In this document: in pieces, positions 51,201 through 64,000 of the stretch | How positions within the stretch are numbered: position 1 is the stretch's first letter | Layout of the letters: every line of letters begins with the position of its first letter | From: Marsupella aquatica | Taxonomy: Eukaryota; Plantae; Marchantiophyta | Direction: 5' to 3' | DNA length: 64,000 bases | Assembly (NCBI GenBank): GCA_973895155.1 | Contig: OZ316894.1 | Span: 21,361,867-21,425,866 of the forward strand | Made by a program: the position numbers and the translations under genes | The notes under the pieces: generated by a model | Database searches by the model: none | Seen by the model: only the letters and a program-made list of their open reading frames with translations | What the model was told of the DNA's origin: nothing

Positions 51201-54200
51201 GCACGCTGTTCGAGAGGAGTATCTATATATGAGCCTCGGTTAAGACCAGACTGCAGATTGAACTTTTCAATGTATCCTCCCTCTGTTCCAAGGATTGCAA
51301 AATTTCCACATGCGCTAATTGCACAAGCCTGCACAATAGAAGATCTGAGGGTTTAAAATACGTGTATCTTGATTTTAACAAATAAATTGACTGCCTACCG
51401 TGAAAAGTCTTTATCGCTTCTTTTCAACGAAGACAATTGAAAGAAGTATTGTGCAGTTTTCTAATCCTAAAACCCCAACAAGAACAAACTTCCCTGGGAC
51501 TCCTTTATAATGAGAAGCGTACCTTCACAGGTGTTGGATCATCCAAACAAGGTTTCAAGATGTGTTCTCCAATGACAAAATTTTGCAATCGCCACGAGTA
51601 CGCAACAGTGTCATCCATATGGCACGTCACTACATTGCACCAATCTCGTGCTCGGATCTCCGCTGCAACAAGTAAATTCAATCAAACTAGTGAGAACGAC
51701 CGTTAGATAAGCCTCAATGAAACCCGTACAGCATCATGAAGGACCTGATCAAATAATTGACCGTTTCTTCGTTCCTTAAGGAACATAAGTTGAATTGAAC
51801 TAACTCAGGTCCCGATGAGGGTCAAAGAACAAGAACTGTATCAACGATACCGGGTCAGAATTTTGCACGTAAACACAAACACAAAGATTGCATAAAATAG
51901 ATTCCAGTCTACTCGAAGTTTGCCTTCAGTGATCACAAGAATGAATTCCTAGACCAAGCTCGAAAACACAAGAAATTCCAAATAGACATGCCAAGCATGA
52001 TCATGACAGCAGAACAGGTTTCCAGTGTTTTAGCGGCACAGAGCGTGAAGGATATATCCTCATCATCAGAGGGGAGCAGCAACGGAACATACCAGCAGCG
52101 AAGCCAACTACAGGTGAAAGCTTCACTTCTTCTTCCTGCAACGTTCCATGGAACTTTCAGTTACCCATTCCAACTGATGGGTTCTCAACCAAAGCACCAT
52201 CAAAATTCTTGACTCGGCTTTTGGCTCCATGCTATTCTTACAACAGGAAATGAAAACAAAAGTTGTACCTTCACTTTGAGCGTCCGAGCCCGCTTGGCTA
52301 CATGCCCTTGTGACAGTTCTCTACTTTGCTGATCCTGCAATTTGAATTGTATGAACATTATCTCAGTGTGAAAGACAGGAGTGGGACCATATGCTACAAT
52401 GAAATTCGATCCCAAGTGCACATGGCCCACAAGAGCCATGGTGTAGGACAAATCGGCTTGTGGCTGGCAAAAGAGGAAATAGCAGTTGGATCCCATTTCA
52501 TGACAAACGAAATTAGTTTAAGGTCAGCTCAGTGAATACATTATGAAAGAGGTCTTTGCCAAGAAACTAAATAATGAGTGTTTTCGCAAAATTGAGAATT
52601 ACTGAATCGAAGGAGACAACACTCGCAACAATTCGACTCCACGATCCACATGATACACCCACCTGAATAGTTGAAAAGAAGCGAAATGATCTATCAAGCC
52701 CTGCTGACAGAAGGTGGTGGCCGTTTCCATAGTATCTGTACATCAAGTGCAACAAAGAAGTGAAATTGAGATCTCACATCCTCTCAGTACGAAGTGAATT
52801 TCCGGTTAGCACATCAAAGGTAAGATGCACCTTTTCTGTATAAAATGGTTCCTCTTACGGTTGTAGACCCTTCTCTAGACCAGCTTCGAGAATACCCTAG
52901 TCACGAATGCAAGATAAATAATCAGGCTTCAACTGGACCTGAGACAGCATGCAATCACAACTAAAATTCAGTTAATACACAAGTGTCGCAGGGATGGTAC
53001 GCAGAAGGTAAACCTGATGCAGGTGGGTGGAGCGCTGTGCCCACTTCTGAAACGCAGAAGGCGTCCCTCCCCATCGCTGGTATCAAAAATCCACATCTGC
53101 GCCCCACCGCCATTTAAGGACCCATTTCAATTGATAGGAAGAATGTGCAGCTTGCAGTCAATGGCACGTTTTAATCAGAGGTATAAAGATCTTTGAGGAA
53201 CCAAACATGCTAACAAACGTCTAGACTATTACAACAGTTACAATGTACCTTGAGGGAATTGTCAGCACCACCACTTAGCAAAACAGGTTCATTTGCAAAG
53301 AAATGCAGAGAAGTGATGGGTCCGTCGTGGGCATCTTTAACGACGGTGTGCAGCTTTTTCTTCTCGAGATCCCAGATGCTGATGACACCAGATGACCCAC
53401 CCGCTGCTAGAAAAGGTTGTCCATCTGTCAAGCGAAGGCCAACTTCAATACTCAGAAAGCATATCGTCCATTAGCACTTGGTCATACAAATAACTGTATC
53501 AACAATGAGAATTGAGTACAGTTGGAAGTTTGTTCGAAGATAGGTTTGAGTGTCTGAAATGTACCAGTTCTGAAAGAAAGAGCAGTGACAGATCCCCTCG
53601 TAGTGTGCGTAAAGGTGACGACAGTTTCATTGTACCGAAGATTGTGCAAATGAATCTTGCCATCTCCACAACCAATTCCCACCACATCCAACGCAGGAGA
53701 CGACACACAAGACCGAACAGCAGATCCCCACCCTCTAAACTCATATATCAACTTCTGAGTGCTAACATTCCATAGCTGTAAAGAGCCTTCCTCACTGCCA
53801 ATAAGAACCTGCTCACACAGTCCGACAACGAGTGAAAATTCATGAAATAGTTTGATGTTTGGTTCATGAATACCGAGTGAAACTAGAATTTCGTATAATG
53901 AACATCCTGCGTCCACACAACCCTTCCGAGCAATCATTCCCACACCTATGAGCCATGCTTGGGCGAGAGGATACGTTACTCCCAATCCTATCCAAGGAAA
54001 CTGTGAATCGATTAGCTTGCCGGACCTAAACCTAAAGCTCACATCGACATCAGAATCTGGACTTCACAGTCATACTAGTGCAAACAACGATTCAAGCAAC
54101 AACTTCAGAAATAGGGAGAAGGTAAAGTCCGAAGATTCCTTAATTTCATTTCGTGGATCGAATATTTCCATTAAATTCAATTTCTGCACTAGTAGTGATT

Positions 54201-55638
54201 ATAACATCCCTCTCGAAGGTGGGCGGCGCGGTTGTTGTTGCCAGTGAGTGGTAGTGATAACTAAGCAACGGGGGACCATTCATTACGTGAAATCTTCCCA
54301 CAAGATTCACGTCAAGAGGGATTTCGCATGGCAATCTGGCACCCCTCCAGCAAGCAAGTTTGGTCACGCGGCCAGTTGCGAAGGGTTACCTCCATTTATT
54401 TGCATTTGATTTTGTTTGAATTACGGATAGAATGAAACACGAGGCACACTACATCCCTCTCAAAAAACTCCTGTGAAGGATGACAGAGTGGGAATCTTCC
54501 AACCCCTGACAATAATGAAAACAATCGAATACCTTATTGAGATAAGTGTCAGGGTGCATGATGCACGTTGGAGTGAATGACTCCCTCAGTTGAATGCTTC
54601 CAACGGGATGGGCAGCAGTGGTCGGGTCGGCTTCGACGACAGGCCATATGAGAAGGCGCCCATCTGTTCCAAGACTGAGCACATGCTTCCCAAACGCAAG
54701 GAGTAAAACCACTTTGCCATTGTGGGCAGTCCATGTAGATACCTGTGTCCAATGAAATACCAGTCAAAACTCCGGATTTTGAGTTTCATTTAATCACTAA
54801 TAATTATTCCTCGCTCCCTCGCAGACAGACAATATTGAAGTAGAACTCTGATTACTCCAGCATTTCAAGAGATTTAGAGGATTCATCTGATAAGAGCCAC
54901 TGGGATTCATCTGATAAGAGCCACTGGCTGAGAGTTGAGAGTGTGAACCTGGTGTGCTCTGTTGAACACAGCAATGCTCTGCCCTGTAGCAATATATGTG
55001 TAGTCACGCCAAGAAGCGATCGCCCTAATTTTCCTCTCCAATTGCGGTCCTGAATCCCATGAAGGACATATGCAAGGGTTTAGGGTTTAGGGTCGGCATC
55101 TACCGGAGACAACGACAGCGCACCCGCATTCATCCTTAGAAATGAATTAAGTCATCCCTCCTAATCATCACCCTTCAACCACCAAATGAAGATAGGCATC
55201 TAAGGGAAGGGTTCAGACCAGTACCCACAAATACGAGAGAAATCTTGGCTAGCTGCAACCGTAGATACCGTGCCAATCAGTGTACCGCAATAGTATAGCA
55301 AAAAAACGAGAGAATTGGAGTGGCGATTTATCAATACATATCAAACCACTTGAACGCTAAGAAGTCAATGCTAAGCAACGAGTTGAAACACCTAGTGTCC
55401 TAGACATATTAAATCTAAAACTCTCAAACCCCCAAGCTAAATCGTCTCGAAATCAAAATTTCTCGTGGAGCATCGACGGGGAGGCAAATGCGAGAAGTCC
55501 AACAAAACGTACGTTAAAAATCTGCCATGACTTTCCGACGCTCACAGTAACGAAAGTTTCGAGGCCTCTGCGCTGCACAGAGAATGGAGTTCCGTCAGTG
55601 ATGTAACCCAACGCCCTGAAGGGCTCGAAAATCCCCAT
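48239..55638 (-). CDS. WDR36: WD repeat protein 36 / U3 snoRNA-associated protein 21 (UTP21), multi-exon gene span
   Basis: Start MGIFEPFRALGYIT. Exons HPDTYLNKV, GSEEGSLQLWN, SPALDVVGIG, LLRFRSGHSAPP, EIRARDWCNVVTCH, GHTDRITD..FSEDGKWL, and Utp21 C-term LPKSQWQALVNLDIIK, RNKPVEPPKKPERAPFFLP, FEFVQALIQLFLK|IHG...RCTVAFLCNSQL* (TAG 48239-48241). Confidence 0.95.
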
Positions 55639-55786
55639 CGCTGGAGACCCCTGCCTGCACTGCCGCGGCCGCGAAATTGGACGTCACGTGAGGCAGTCCC
55701 GTGCATGAATTTGATCAAAGCAACATGTCTTGCGCTCGAATTCAGGTCCCAATCCGGAGTCCAACATTGAGACCTGCTCGTTGTTA

Positions 55787-55795
55787 AACCCTAAC
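55787..55795. promoter_or_regulatory. Telo-box (AAACCCTAA) upstream of WDR36
   Basis: AAACCCTAACCCT ~150 bp upstream of the ATG. A further GGGTTTAGGGTTTAGGGT lies in an early intron (~55076). Telo-boxes are known from plant ribosome-biogenesis gene promoters. Confidence 0.5.
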
Positions 55796-56875
55796 CCTGA
55801 TCCCTTGCTAGCGTGCTCGTTACTCGCTCTTGAACGTAACTCGTCGGTTAGACGGGTGGAGATGGGGTTTAGCGTTTCCACATCGTCTCTTCCCTTCCCT
55901 TTACTTTGTGACCAGCCAAGACCATAGTTGCGGAGTTGGGCAGGAAAGCAATTTCCTGAGGGCAGCTATCATTTATGAAGGGAAGAGGGAGGCCCGGTGA
56001 GATGCCAACTTTGAGAAGTTATACAACTCTATCGAAAATGAGTAGTCTTTGGGGATCTACATTAGAGCTCGAGTCCAACGTCATTTTTGCTAATGCTTTT
56101 CCTCATGAGAGAACTGAAGATGTACCCATCAGAGGTTTATGCCCAAAAATGCTTCTCAATAAAATAAACTTTCTTTGGGTTTTGCGTGCAGAGTATACAG
56201 TATCAGGATGGCCAGACACCTGAAACTACGGATCGTCGGCACTGAGGGCCATTGCAGCAAAGGTTCTCTCTCATGGTTTCTGCTTTGCACTTAGGTGCTG
56301 CGATGGGTCATTTTGAATCTCTTCCTTGCAAATGAGAATTTGGGTAATTCCCAAGCCTTCCCTTCAGAGCAATTGCTCCTCCGAAGTAATTGCGAAGGAT
56401 ATTAAACGGACAGGTACGTCAGGCTTTAGCCCGCAGCCCTTCAGACTGTTTCCAGATGCTATGCTTGGACTGTTAACAGCGCTGAAACCTGGCTGGCTCC
56501 CATTCGTTTAGTGATTTATTTCATCTCGTCAAGCGTTATTCTCCTTCCCACTTGTCAAGCTGCTCCAAAGGCCCCTACCGTAGTGTAGCAATTGCTCCTT
56601 CAGGAATATTTGCGTTTCCGGTGAACTAACAAGAGTTGTTTGCTTAATTTCCTCTGAATTGTCAGATACAGTGCTGAGACGACCAATCTAACCATCACGA
56701 GAGAAAACAAGGGACAAATAACCCATGAATACCATCTTTAAGGATGTGGCCAACTTTGTAGAATAGTCCTCATGCATTCTCGGAGAAAATGTACAATGTG
56801 CTGGTATTGTGGACTTTCTTTTAATTTAAATGAAAGGCGAAGACAAATGTGTGAATGCATCTTGATTGAGACTTA

Positions 56876-59800
56876 TTAGCTGACTTTTTGCTTTGTGGCA
56901 ACATCAGCAGGAATTGTCCACTGCTTCCAATTTGTATACAAAATCAGAGGAACAAAGTGGGCAAATGAGTAAGACATAATGAACGCATCAAAGAGGAACG
57001 GGTATCTCGTTGGTGGCTGCAGTCTAAAGTACATCAAATGCAAGACAACTGCTCCTAGGACTGAAACACCTGAGAGAATTCTCGTAGTCGAAAGCTCTGG
57101 CCTATGTGAAGCTCCAGATATATTTCGGGATTGAGTTGGGGGTCTTGGAATCAGAAGGAATAACCACGCGAGGGCAAGATACGGAATGAGAAGGTCATCC
57201 CGGCAAAGAAGTGGAAGCATGGAGAACATTGAGTATGGGACAAGCCATTGCAGAACTTGAGGTTCCTCCAATGCCAAAAGACTTGCGGGGATTACTGGAA
57301 GCAGAATTGATTTCTCATGCACTGCAAAAAATGACAAAAGAAAACTATCAGGGCAATAACAACTGGAGCACAACGAGGCTTAGCAAAACAAACGAGGGCT
57401 TCAACACAAATTGTGACGAACAATATCGTCAGAAGTCAGTGCCCTACTTCCTTCAAACACATGGAGGCAACGTCTTCCTACTTAGGAACACTGAGGTCCC
57501 TTAAATGTGATAGCAGAAAACAGGAAGAACAGGAACATTAATCGGTACCTTGGTAGGAGAAGAAGTAGAAACCAAAAGAGCTGTTCAGCATCGCATACAA
57601 AAATCCTTTTCTACTAGGTGCACGTATTTGCTGAACCATCGATGGCAAAGCTGCTGATATGGTCGCACCTAAGGCGAGTTTAGCAAGGGTTGGTTGTGCA
57701 AAGAGATGCTTCCATTTAAACAACATAGCTGTTCCACACCAGAAATTCGCAACATAATCCTCATATAGTCCACGGTGCAAAGGTGCAAGCCGTGCCAAAA
57801 CCTGTTATTTTCAAAACAAACGAAGGATATATAAGTTCGAATTTCCATACAATCCATAGCAGGAATATAAATATAGCTCTGAACTCCGATTTCTCTTAAA
57901 TATGACAATAAATAAAAGACAAATTCACCCCTAAACTACCTTCAAGAAAGCTTCTCCATTTTAATCTACTAAAACGGCCTTTACCTCCAAAGCTGCCCCT
58001 GAGGACCGCAGAAAGGGCCACCAACATATAGTGAAAGTCGCAATTACAGTGCAACCGAGCACTAATACTCTGAGCAATGGATTCCTCCTCTGTAAAGACT
58101 TGCCTAGAAGATAAGCAAAAAATGCTGGTGCATAGTACATACTCATCTGCAACGACACAGTTCGAAAGACCCATGGATAAATTGAGTGATGTCCTTTCAG
58201 TGCAATTGTCCTGTACGAAAATCCCGAAAAGAGAGATTCAGACGTTCATAAATGAGGTGACAATTGAGGCAAACGGAGAAGAAAATGCAACCTGTTTGTG
58301 GTTGAGGGACAGAGAAAACAAAACACATGCTAGTAACTCTTGTCTTGACACCACCGCAGCTGCCGCTCCAACAGCTAGCCCCAAGCTTATACAGTTGTAC
58401 TGCACATACGTGGAACACAAGTTACTTACTGTCAATCAAATTATGTCAATGGTTGGTGGAGCTCCACACGTATGAAACGAGGTCGACCAGAATTTGTCAG
58501 AATACCATGGCATTCTATGACAGTGTATTCCGGAGGTAAGGTTTCAAGATGGTCAAGTCAAGGCAGTAAGGTACAATGACAACTTCTGCAACGGACAGCT
58601 TTGGGGCAAATGAGAATTCCTTAAAGGAAATATTATTAGAGAACTTTTCGAATGCATAGTAAAATGGGCCAGCAATGTAGCAGGCAACACATTGCACCTC
58701 TCAACTCGAAAACACAATCAACGGTAGGAGCAGTACCTGGAAGTGGCCATGATCAATTATAATGAGAGCAGGCTGTAAAAGGATCATTGTCAAAGCCCAT
58801 ATCCGTTGTTTTGCACCACGATGGGCATAAAATATGTTTATGAAGCATAGAGCTGCAGGAAAGAAAACAAGAATGTCCGATGACAGTACCGTCCAACGCA
58901 TCAGCAACTTGCTGCACCCTCTCATAAATCCCACAGTTTTTTTACGTCTTATCAGAGGAATTCCAGGGCAAATGTACATTAAGGACTCGACCAACGGGCC
59001 AGCCATACACAGGGAAACTAAATAAAAGAGCTTCATGAGAATCCCTAGTAGTTTCGACAACGACAGGACCTACTCTCGACACCAACAGACAGTAATCTTT
59101 TAATAAATCCAAATCCCATATTCTAATGCGTGCATTCATAAAACAGTCTTCTTTAAACTCCACCTCTGTTGTCCGCAGCAACTTACCAAGAGGTTAACTA
59201 TTGCATTGCGGTCATTCTTTGGAATGTTATTTAGTGGAGGTTAGAAGACAAGTAGAAGACAAAAGGATCTTTGCAGATTAAGGTGATTACAGATCTGAAA
59301 GCCACTGAGGGATGTTAATATTAATAACAAGAGGTTCATTGTCGGGGCTAGAATGCAAAGTGAGCGAGTCCTTCGCAAGGGACGATATATCAGACCTGCC
59401 ATATGTTTCGTAGCCTCGAGATGAATGCAGAGCTACAGCCTCCGGGTCCAACGCGCGAATCACAAGACCATGAACATAGCTCTGATACGCAGTGAGGGGG
59501 GGGTAGTCCAAACCCCACCACCCCAAGTCATTATCGGTTGTATTTCGATACCAATCTACGACAGGGGTATGAATTGTGATTTCCATCCAATGCCTTTGAG
59601 CTTCATAATCCCCAAACTTTGGTGGTGTACCTTTACCTGCACAAGGGAAAATGCTGATCAGGACAAAGATTATTACACAACTTCAATTTGACTAGTCAAT
59701 CAAAGGCTTTCCGAAAGGACACTTCATCGATGAGATACAACTGCGATTCCTTGTGAGTTCCCTGAGATCTCGACTGAGCTCCGGACATTCCAAGACCGAA

Positions 59801-60284
59801 GTGGCCTTCACTGAAGAAGGGTACATATTTTTTTTCGACTGAGGTCCTAACATGATCGGGCACACTCGCCTCTAAGGGACCGATTCTTCTTACATTGCAG
59901 GACAGAAGTGGCCCTAATTGAAAGAGCCGAAATTCCTTAAGAGTTGTGCAGAACCGTGAATGAGAACAAGCGTTTCAGGAATGCGTTGTATTCCAGGTGC
60001 GACTTCTACTTATTGGACATTTGAGGCACAAGGGGCATGGAGAAAGAGGGGGAAGGGGCCATCTGTGATTATACGATTGTTAATTTACCTGAGTAAGAAT
60101 GCAACCCGACCAAAATGCGCAGAAAAAATGCAAAGCCAGCCAGCAGCAGCCTTGTGGATGTGTAGCGGGAGGCAAAAGGCCAGCTGCTCCGCACGTCATC
60201 ACCATCTTCATCATCGTACTTCAATTCCTCCACCTTCTTCTGCTCCACCACCACATCTTCAGTGTCAGCCATCTCCCTCCCCAT
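56876..60284 (-). CDS. ALG6: Dolichyl-P-Glc:Man9GlcNAc2-PP-Dol alpha-1,3-glucosyltransferase (ALG6), multi-exon gene span
   Basis: LHSYSG|KGTPPKFGDYEAQRHWMEIT, WYRNTTDNDLGWWGLDYPPLTAYQSY, SRGYE, LIIIDHGHFQ|YNCISLG, LNHKQ|MSMYYAPAFF, RLAPLHRGLYEDYVANFWC, FFSYQ|VHEKSILLP. Ends ...TKQKVS*. Confidence 0.95.
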
Positions 60285-61063
60285 GCTCCTCAAACACTAC
60301 TACCACAGTAAGTGTCTCACTACCCTCGTCCTTCGTATTCAGCACTTTCTATTCAAATTACGCTGATTGCTCTTCGCAGCAGCGCTACTGTTTGCCGCCC
60401 ATCTTCCCAAAATCTCTTCTCTTCTCTTCTCTTCTCTTCTCTTCGGCTCAGTCACGAAGCTTTCAAAGCACAGAGAAAGGAGATGTACACCAACGTCCTG
60501 ACGGGGCCAACAATCCCCATCCATGGAATCCTGCCTGCACCACCGCAGCGGTGAAATTCAACGGCACGCGAGGGAGTCCCATTCCTGAATTTGACCAAAA
60601 TGCCATTCCTATCGAACTCACAATGACCTCCTTTCGCTCCATTTCTCTTTGGTCCAACCTTGGACCAAGCAGTCTTCTCTTTAAACCCTAACCCCTCCTC
60701 CCTAAACCCTCCTTGTTGCTCCAGTACCCTGAATCCTCGTACATAGGGTGCATATTATTATCTACAACTATAATAAGGGATCCCGCCATTTTTCGTCCTT
60801 CGTCCCCATACAAAAAAAGACAGGAAAGATCCACAGTTGTTGGATTTGATTAATTATTTTTGCTCACCATTGATGAGAGAAATATACAACCCTATCACGT
60901 ATTTGCTTCCCGCTACCCCGTAATACCCCCGCCCAATCCCTATGGGCCTGCCCTCCTTACACAGTGCAAAGCACTGGCATAGGGCTCGTATTCTATCATA
61001 GTCTAAGGTATCAATTACTTTGACCCGTGATAGACCTCAGGGTGATCATTTTTAGACCCCATT

Positions 61064-61135
61064 AGTGGTCCCTTGCAAATTCACATCCACAAGGTTCCTG
61101 CTTGCTGGCTTTGCATTCCTGGCACGTTTTCTGGA
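61064..61135 (+). pseudogene. Inverted, diverged fragment of ALG6 exon 1
   Basis: 61082-61117 is 33/36 identical to the reverse complement of 60127-60162. It translates WSLANFTSTRFLLAGFAFLARFL versus ALG6 WPFASRYTSTRLLLAGFAFFLRIL. Confidence 0.65.
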
Positions 61136-61269
61136 AAACAAAAAGGTTGGAGAATAATGAATATCACACACAAATGAATGCATATAATAGCACATATATA
61201 TTTATTTAACACATTACAATATATACTATTATATGTATTATAGCATGTTTTATATACACATACTAGCTG

Positions 61270-61690
61270 AATGTACGTCAAGGTGAGGAAAGATGGTTGA
61301 GGAGAGAAAAATGTAAAAGTGAGTAAAAGATGTGCAGGTGAGAAAAGATGTCAAGGAGAGAAAACAATGTGGAGATGAGGAAAAGATATTGAGATAAGAA
61401 AAATATGTCGAGATGAGAAAAATATGTCAAGGCAAGAAAACATGTCAAGACAAGAGAAATAAAGTATAGAGTTTGAGAGAAAGTTCTTGAGGCATGCTAT
61501 GTGTCATCCTGGCCATATAGTCATTGTGATTGTGTTCAATCCTTGTGCATTGTAAATAAGATGTCGTTGTGAAAAAACACTTGGTGCGTAAAATATGTCA
61601 TTGCATAAAAGATGTGGTCGAATAAAAGATGTCCATGTGAAAACATTGTCATTGGGCAAATGATGTCAATGTTAAAACGATGTTGCATAA
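61270..61690. repeat. Degenerate AA(G/A)ATGTC-type tandem repeats, similar in style to 20.9-21.7 kb (TE remnant)
   Basis: Recurrent AAAAGATGT/AAAATATGTC/AAAACATGTC modules. Confidence 0.5.
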
Positions 61691-62790
61691 AAGCTCAGAA
61701 GTGGAAAAAGAAACATCCACCTCACCTTAGAAAACAGGAAAGGTGGGAGGGGTGAACAGTCAAGGGTTCAACAGGGCATATTTTACGGTTCATGTTTCTA
61801 ACTATTTTTAGTGGCCTTGAGTCAAACAAAAACGGCCGTGTTTGTGTATTGCCCCTTGTATAGGCATCCCTGTTTGTACCCTGTGGACACCTGGAGTCTC
61901 ATAGTTGGTCCAAGCGAACCCCCTCAAACCATAGATGTGAAGAATGAGGGGAACCAAAATGCAATAGTGCTTGCTCATAAACAATAGCCGACACCTGCAA
62001 CCCAGTGAGTATGGGAACCTACAGTTGGAGGGGACGAGCTCCGGCAAATCACAAGCCTCCATGTGTCCAAAAACCAATCCCATGCCATCTCAGTTACCCT
62101 AGTCCAAGTTAATTCAACCCATCTATGCCGATAATTAAGTACTTTTGGGGGGAAGTAAACTAAATCGGGCCAATTTGGGGGATAGGATAGTAAACTAATT
62201 TGGACCAGTTTTGGGGGGTTAGGGTAAGTAGTTAACTATTTTGGACCAACTTGGGGGATAGAATAGTAAAAAGCGAAAATTCAAGTTTGCCTCATCAGCA
62301 CACCATGAGGTGTGCCAATCCTAGGCCATAAGCTTAAAAAGTAGTACAAGACACTCCAGAACTCCTCTCCTTCCTTTCTTCGTTTCAGAGCCGCATCGAT
62401 CACCTTCACTCCCCTTCGTCCCAACGCAAGGCGTTTGTCACCGCTCTTGAAGCAAATTCTGAATCCTCATACTCCGCCTCTTCATACTCCGCAGAATTCC
62501 GCAGAATTCGTGTCCGAGTCTCTCCTACCATCCATCCATCCCTGTAGTGCTGTACCCACTGTTGTTGCTCTCTCAGTAACAATCTTCTGTATCTCTGTTG
62601 TGTTGTAGACTCTCTGTTTGGGTTGTGTTGGGGAATCAAACCTCTGGGCTCCCATTATTTTGTTGGGTCTTGTGGAGTCGCTGAATTTTCGTGGTTGAGG
62701 ATCAGGATCTGGGCAAGTCAACGATTCGCAAACCTCAACGTGCATCCCGTCGAGCGGGCGGCAGACGATGATCAGGATGGGGACGTCAAT

Positions 62791-63990
62791 TTACACCTGT
62801 TGTTGCGGAGGATGATGTCGGTAGGATTCATCTGAATAAGATTCAGAAGCGAGGGAAGGAAAAGAGGAAGACGAGAAAGAAGCCTTTGGGTCGACGGTAG
62901 TCTTTGAGACCTGTCTTGCCTTATTCTCGACTGCCTGCCTTTTGCAAGCGGAGGAAGAGGAGGAAGAGGAGGACGAGGAGGAAGCAGCAACAGCAGGAGG
63001 GGGAGTAGCAGTCGAAGAAGGACCGGACGGAAGGAGGACGGGAAAGGAATGGAAGGAGCGCAGATTTCGCAACAGAATGCACTCCTCCACAGTGGGCAAC
63101 GACGACCAGGAAGACAACTGGAGAAGTGAGAGTACCGCCAGCAGGACTGGGGAGCGAGGAGGAGGAGGAGGAGACTGTGTCTGCTCGTCGTCGTTGCCGT
63201 GGCGTGATCGAGGTCGCGCTCCTCTCCCCTTCTTCATTGTTCTTGCTGCTGCCGAGGGATTGTGTGATTGCCGATTCTGGTCTGCGATGGTGTGTGAATT
63301 GGACGAATCTTTTGTGCTGGTGTGACTGATGAGGGAGGACGAGGAGAAGATTCTGTTCCTCTTCGTCGTGTGGTTGAGGTCGCGCTCCCATCTCCGTCTT
63401 CGTTTTGGCTGCCTTTGCCTTATGTGTGGTGTGATGATTTTTGTTTGGGGCGGGACGATGTTTGAATTGGTTGAATCTTTGGTTCGTCTCTGCTCCTCGG
63501 CTTGGCTTTTCACATTTGTGATGGCTGGTCGGTTTTGGTGATTTACGTTTTGGAGCGTTGCTGGTGTGTTTGTGTTTGTATTTGTGGGTTGTGTGGATTC
63601 GACTCTTGGGGGAAATGGCAATCTCTGAATTCCATACAGCCCCGCTGTATGTGGAGGGATCGGATTGCGCGACGTGGCATTCGTCCGGCAGTCTGTAATG
63701 TGATTTTGGTTTCCGGGAATGTTCTTCTTCTCCAGCTTCTTACCTTGAAGAATAAATGTATTGTTGAAGCTTAATCGCAAGTAATTGAATTTTCTTCTCA
63801 CATTTATCTCCTCCCTCTGCTTCTTTCTCTTATTCATCTTCTTCGCCATCCTCTTCTCTATGTTCGTGTCCATTTTCCATTGGCTGTCTGAAGAGAAGTG
63901 GGGGACGTGATGGCGGGCGGGGGAAGAGAGAGAGGTACTGCAATTGTAGACTAACTGTTGCGTGTCTGCAGCAGCAGAGAAACTCGTCAT
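62791..63990 (-). other. Long low-complexity ORF (399 aa) of uncertain coding status
   Basis: Open frame rich in S/P/R/N, overlapping an acidic plus-strand ORF (62942-63325). No recognisable domain. Confidence 0.25.
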
Positions 63991-64000
63991 GAGCGACTGT

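Noticed and set aside
55076-55093. Telomere or interstitial telomeric array
   Set aside because: Only about 2.5 TTTAGGG units. Treated as telo-box-type motifs.

Overview
Eukaryotic, intron-rich land-plant DNA. It looks like a bryophyte/liverwort from gene style, but the species cannot be fixed from the sequence alone. Host genes, all on the minus strand: DNA polymerase epsilon catalytic subunit (535-18648), an intronless BCS1-like AAA ATPase (42532-44016), WDR36/UTP21 (48239-55638) and ALG6 glucosyltransferase (56876-60284). There is also a probable plus-strand multi-exon gene of unknown function (~35.5-40.2 kb). The 18.9-35.4 kb interval is a repeat/TE island. Its centrepiece is an 8.9-kb Ty3/Gypsy-type retrotransposon (23317-32227; TG...CA ends, AATT target-site duplication) with three unusual properties. 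(1) A DNMT3-like C5-cytosine methyltransferase domain lies between protease and RT, in the same frame as RT-RNaseH-integrase. (2) The integrase ends in a PHD finger instead of a chromodomain. (3) There is no conventional LTR pair. The repeats are split as A-internal-B-gc-A-B, with an internal palindromic ACA-GC-TGT junction that joins copies of the element's own two ends, as expected if a 2-LTR circle had integrated through a site inside one LTR. This copy is inactivated by TAG/TGA stops consistent with methyl-C deamination, plus a few frameshifts.
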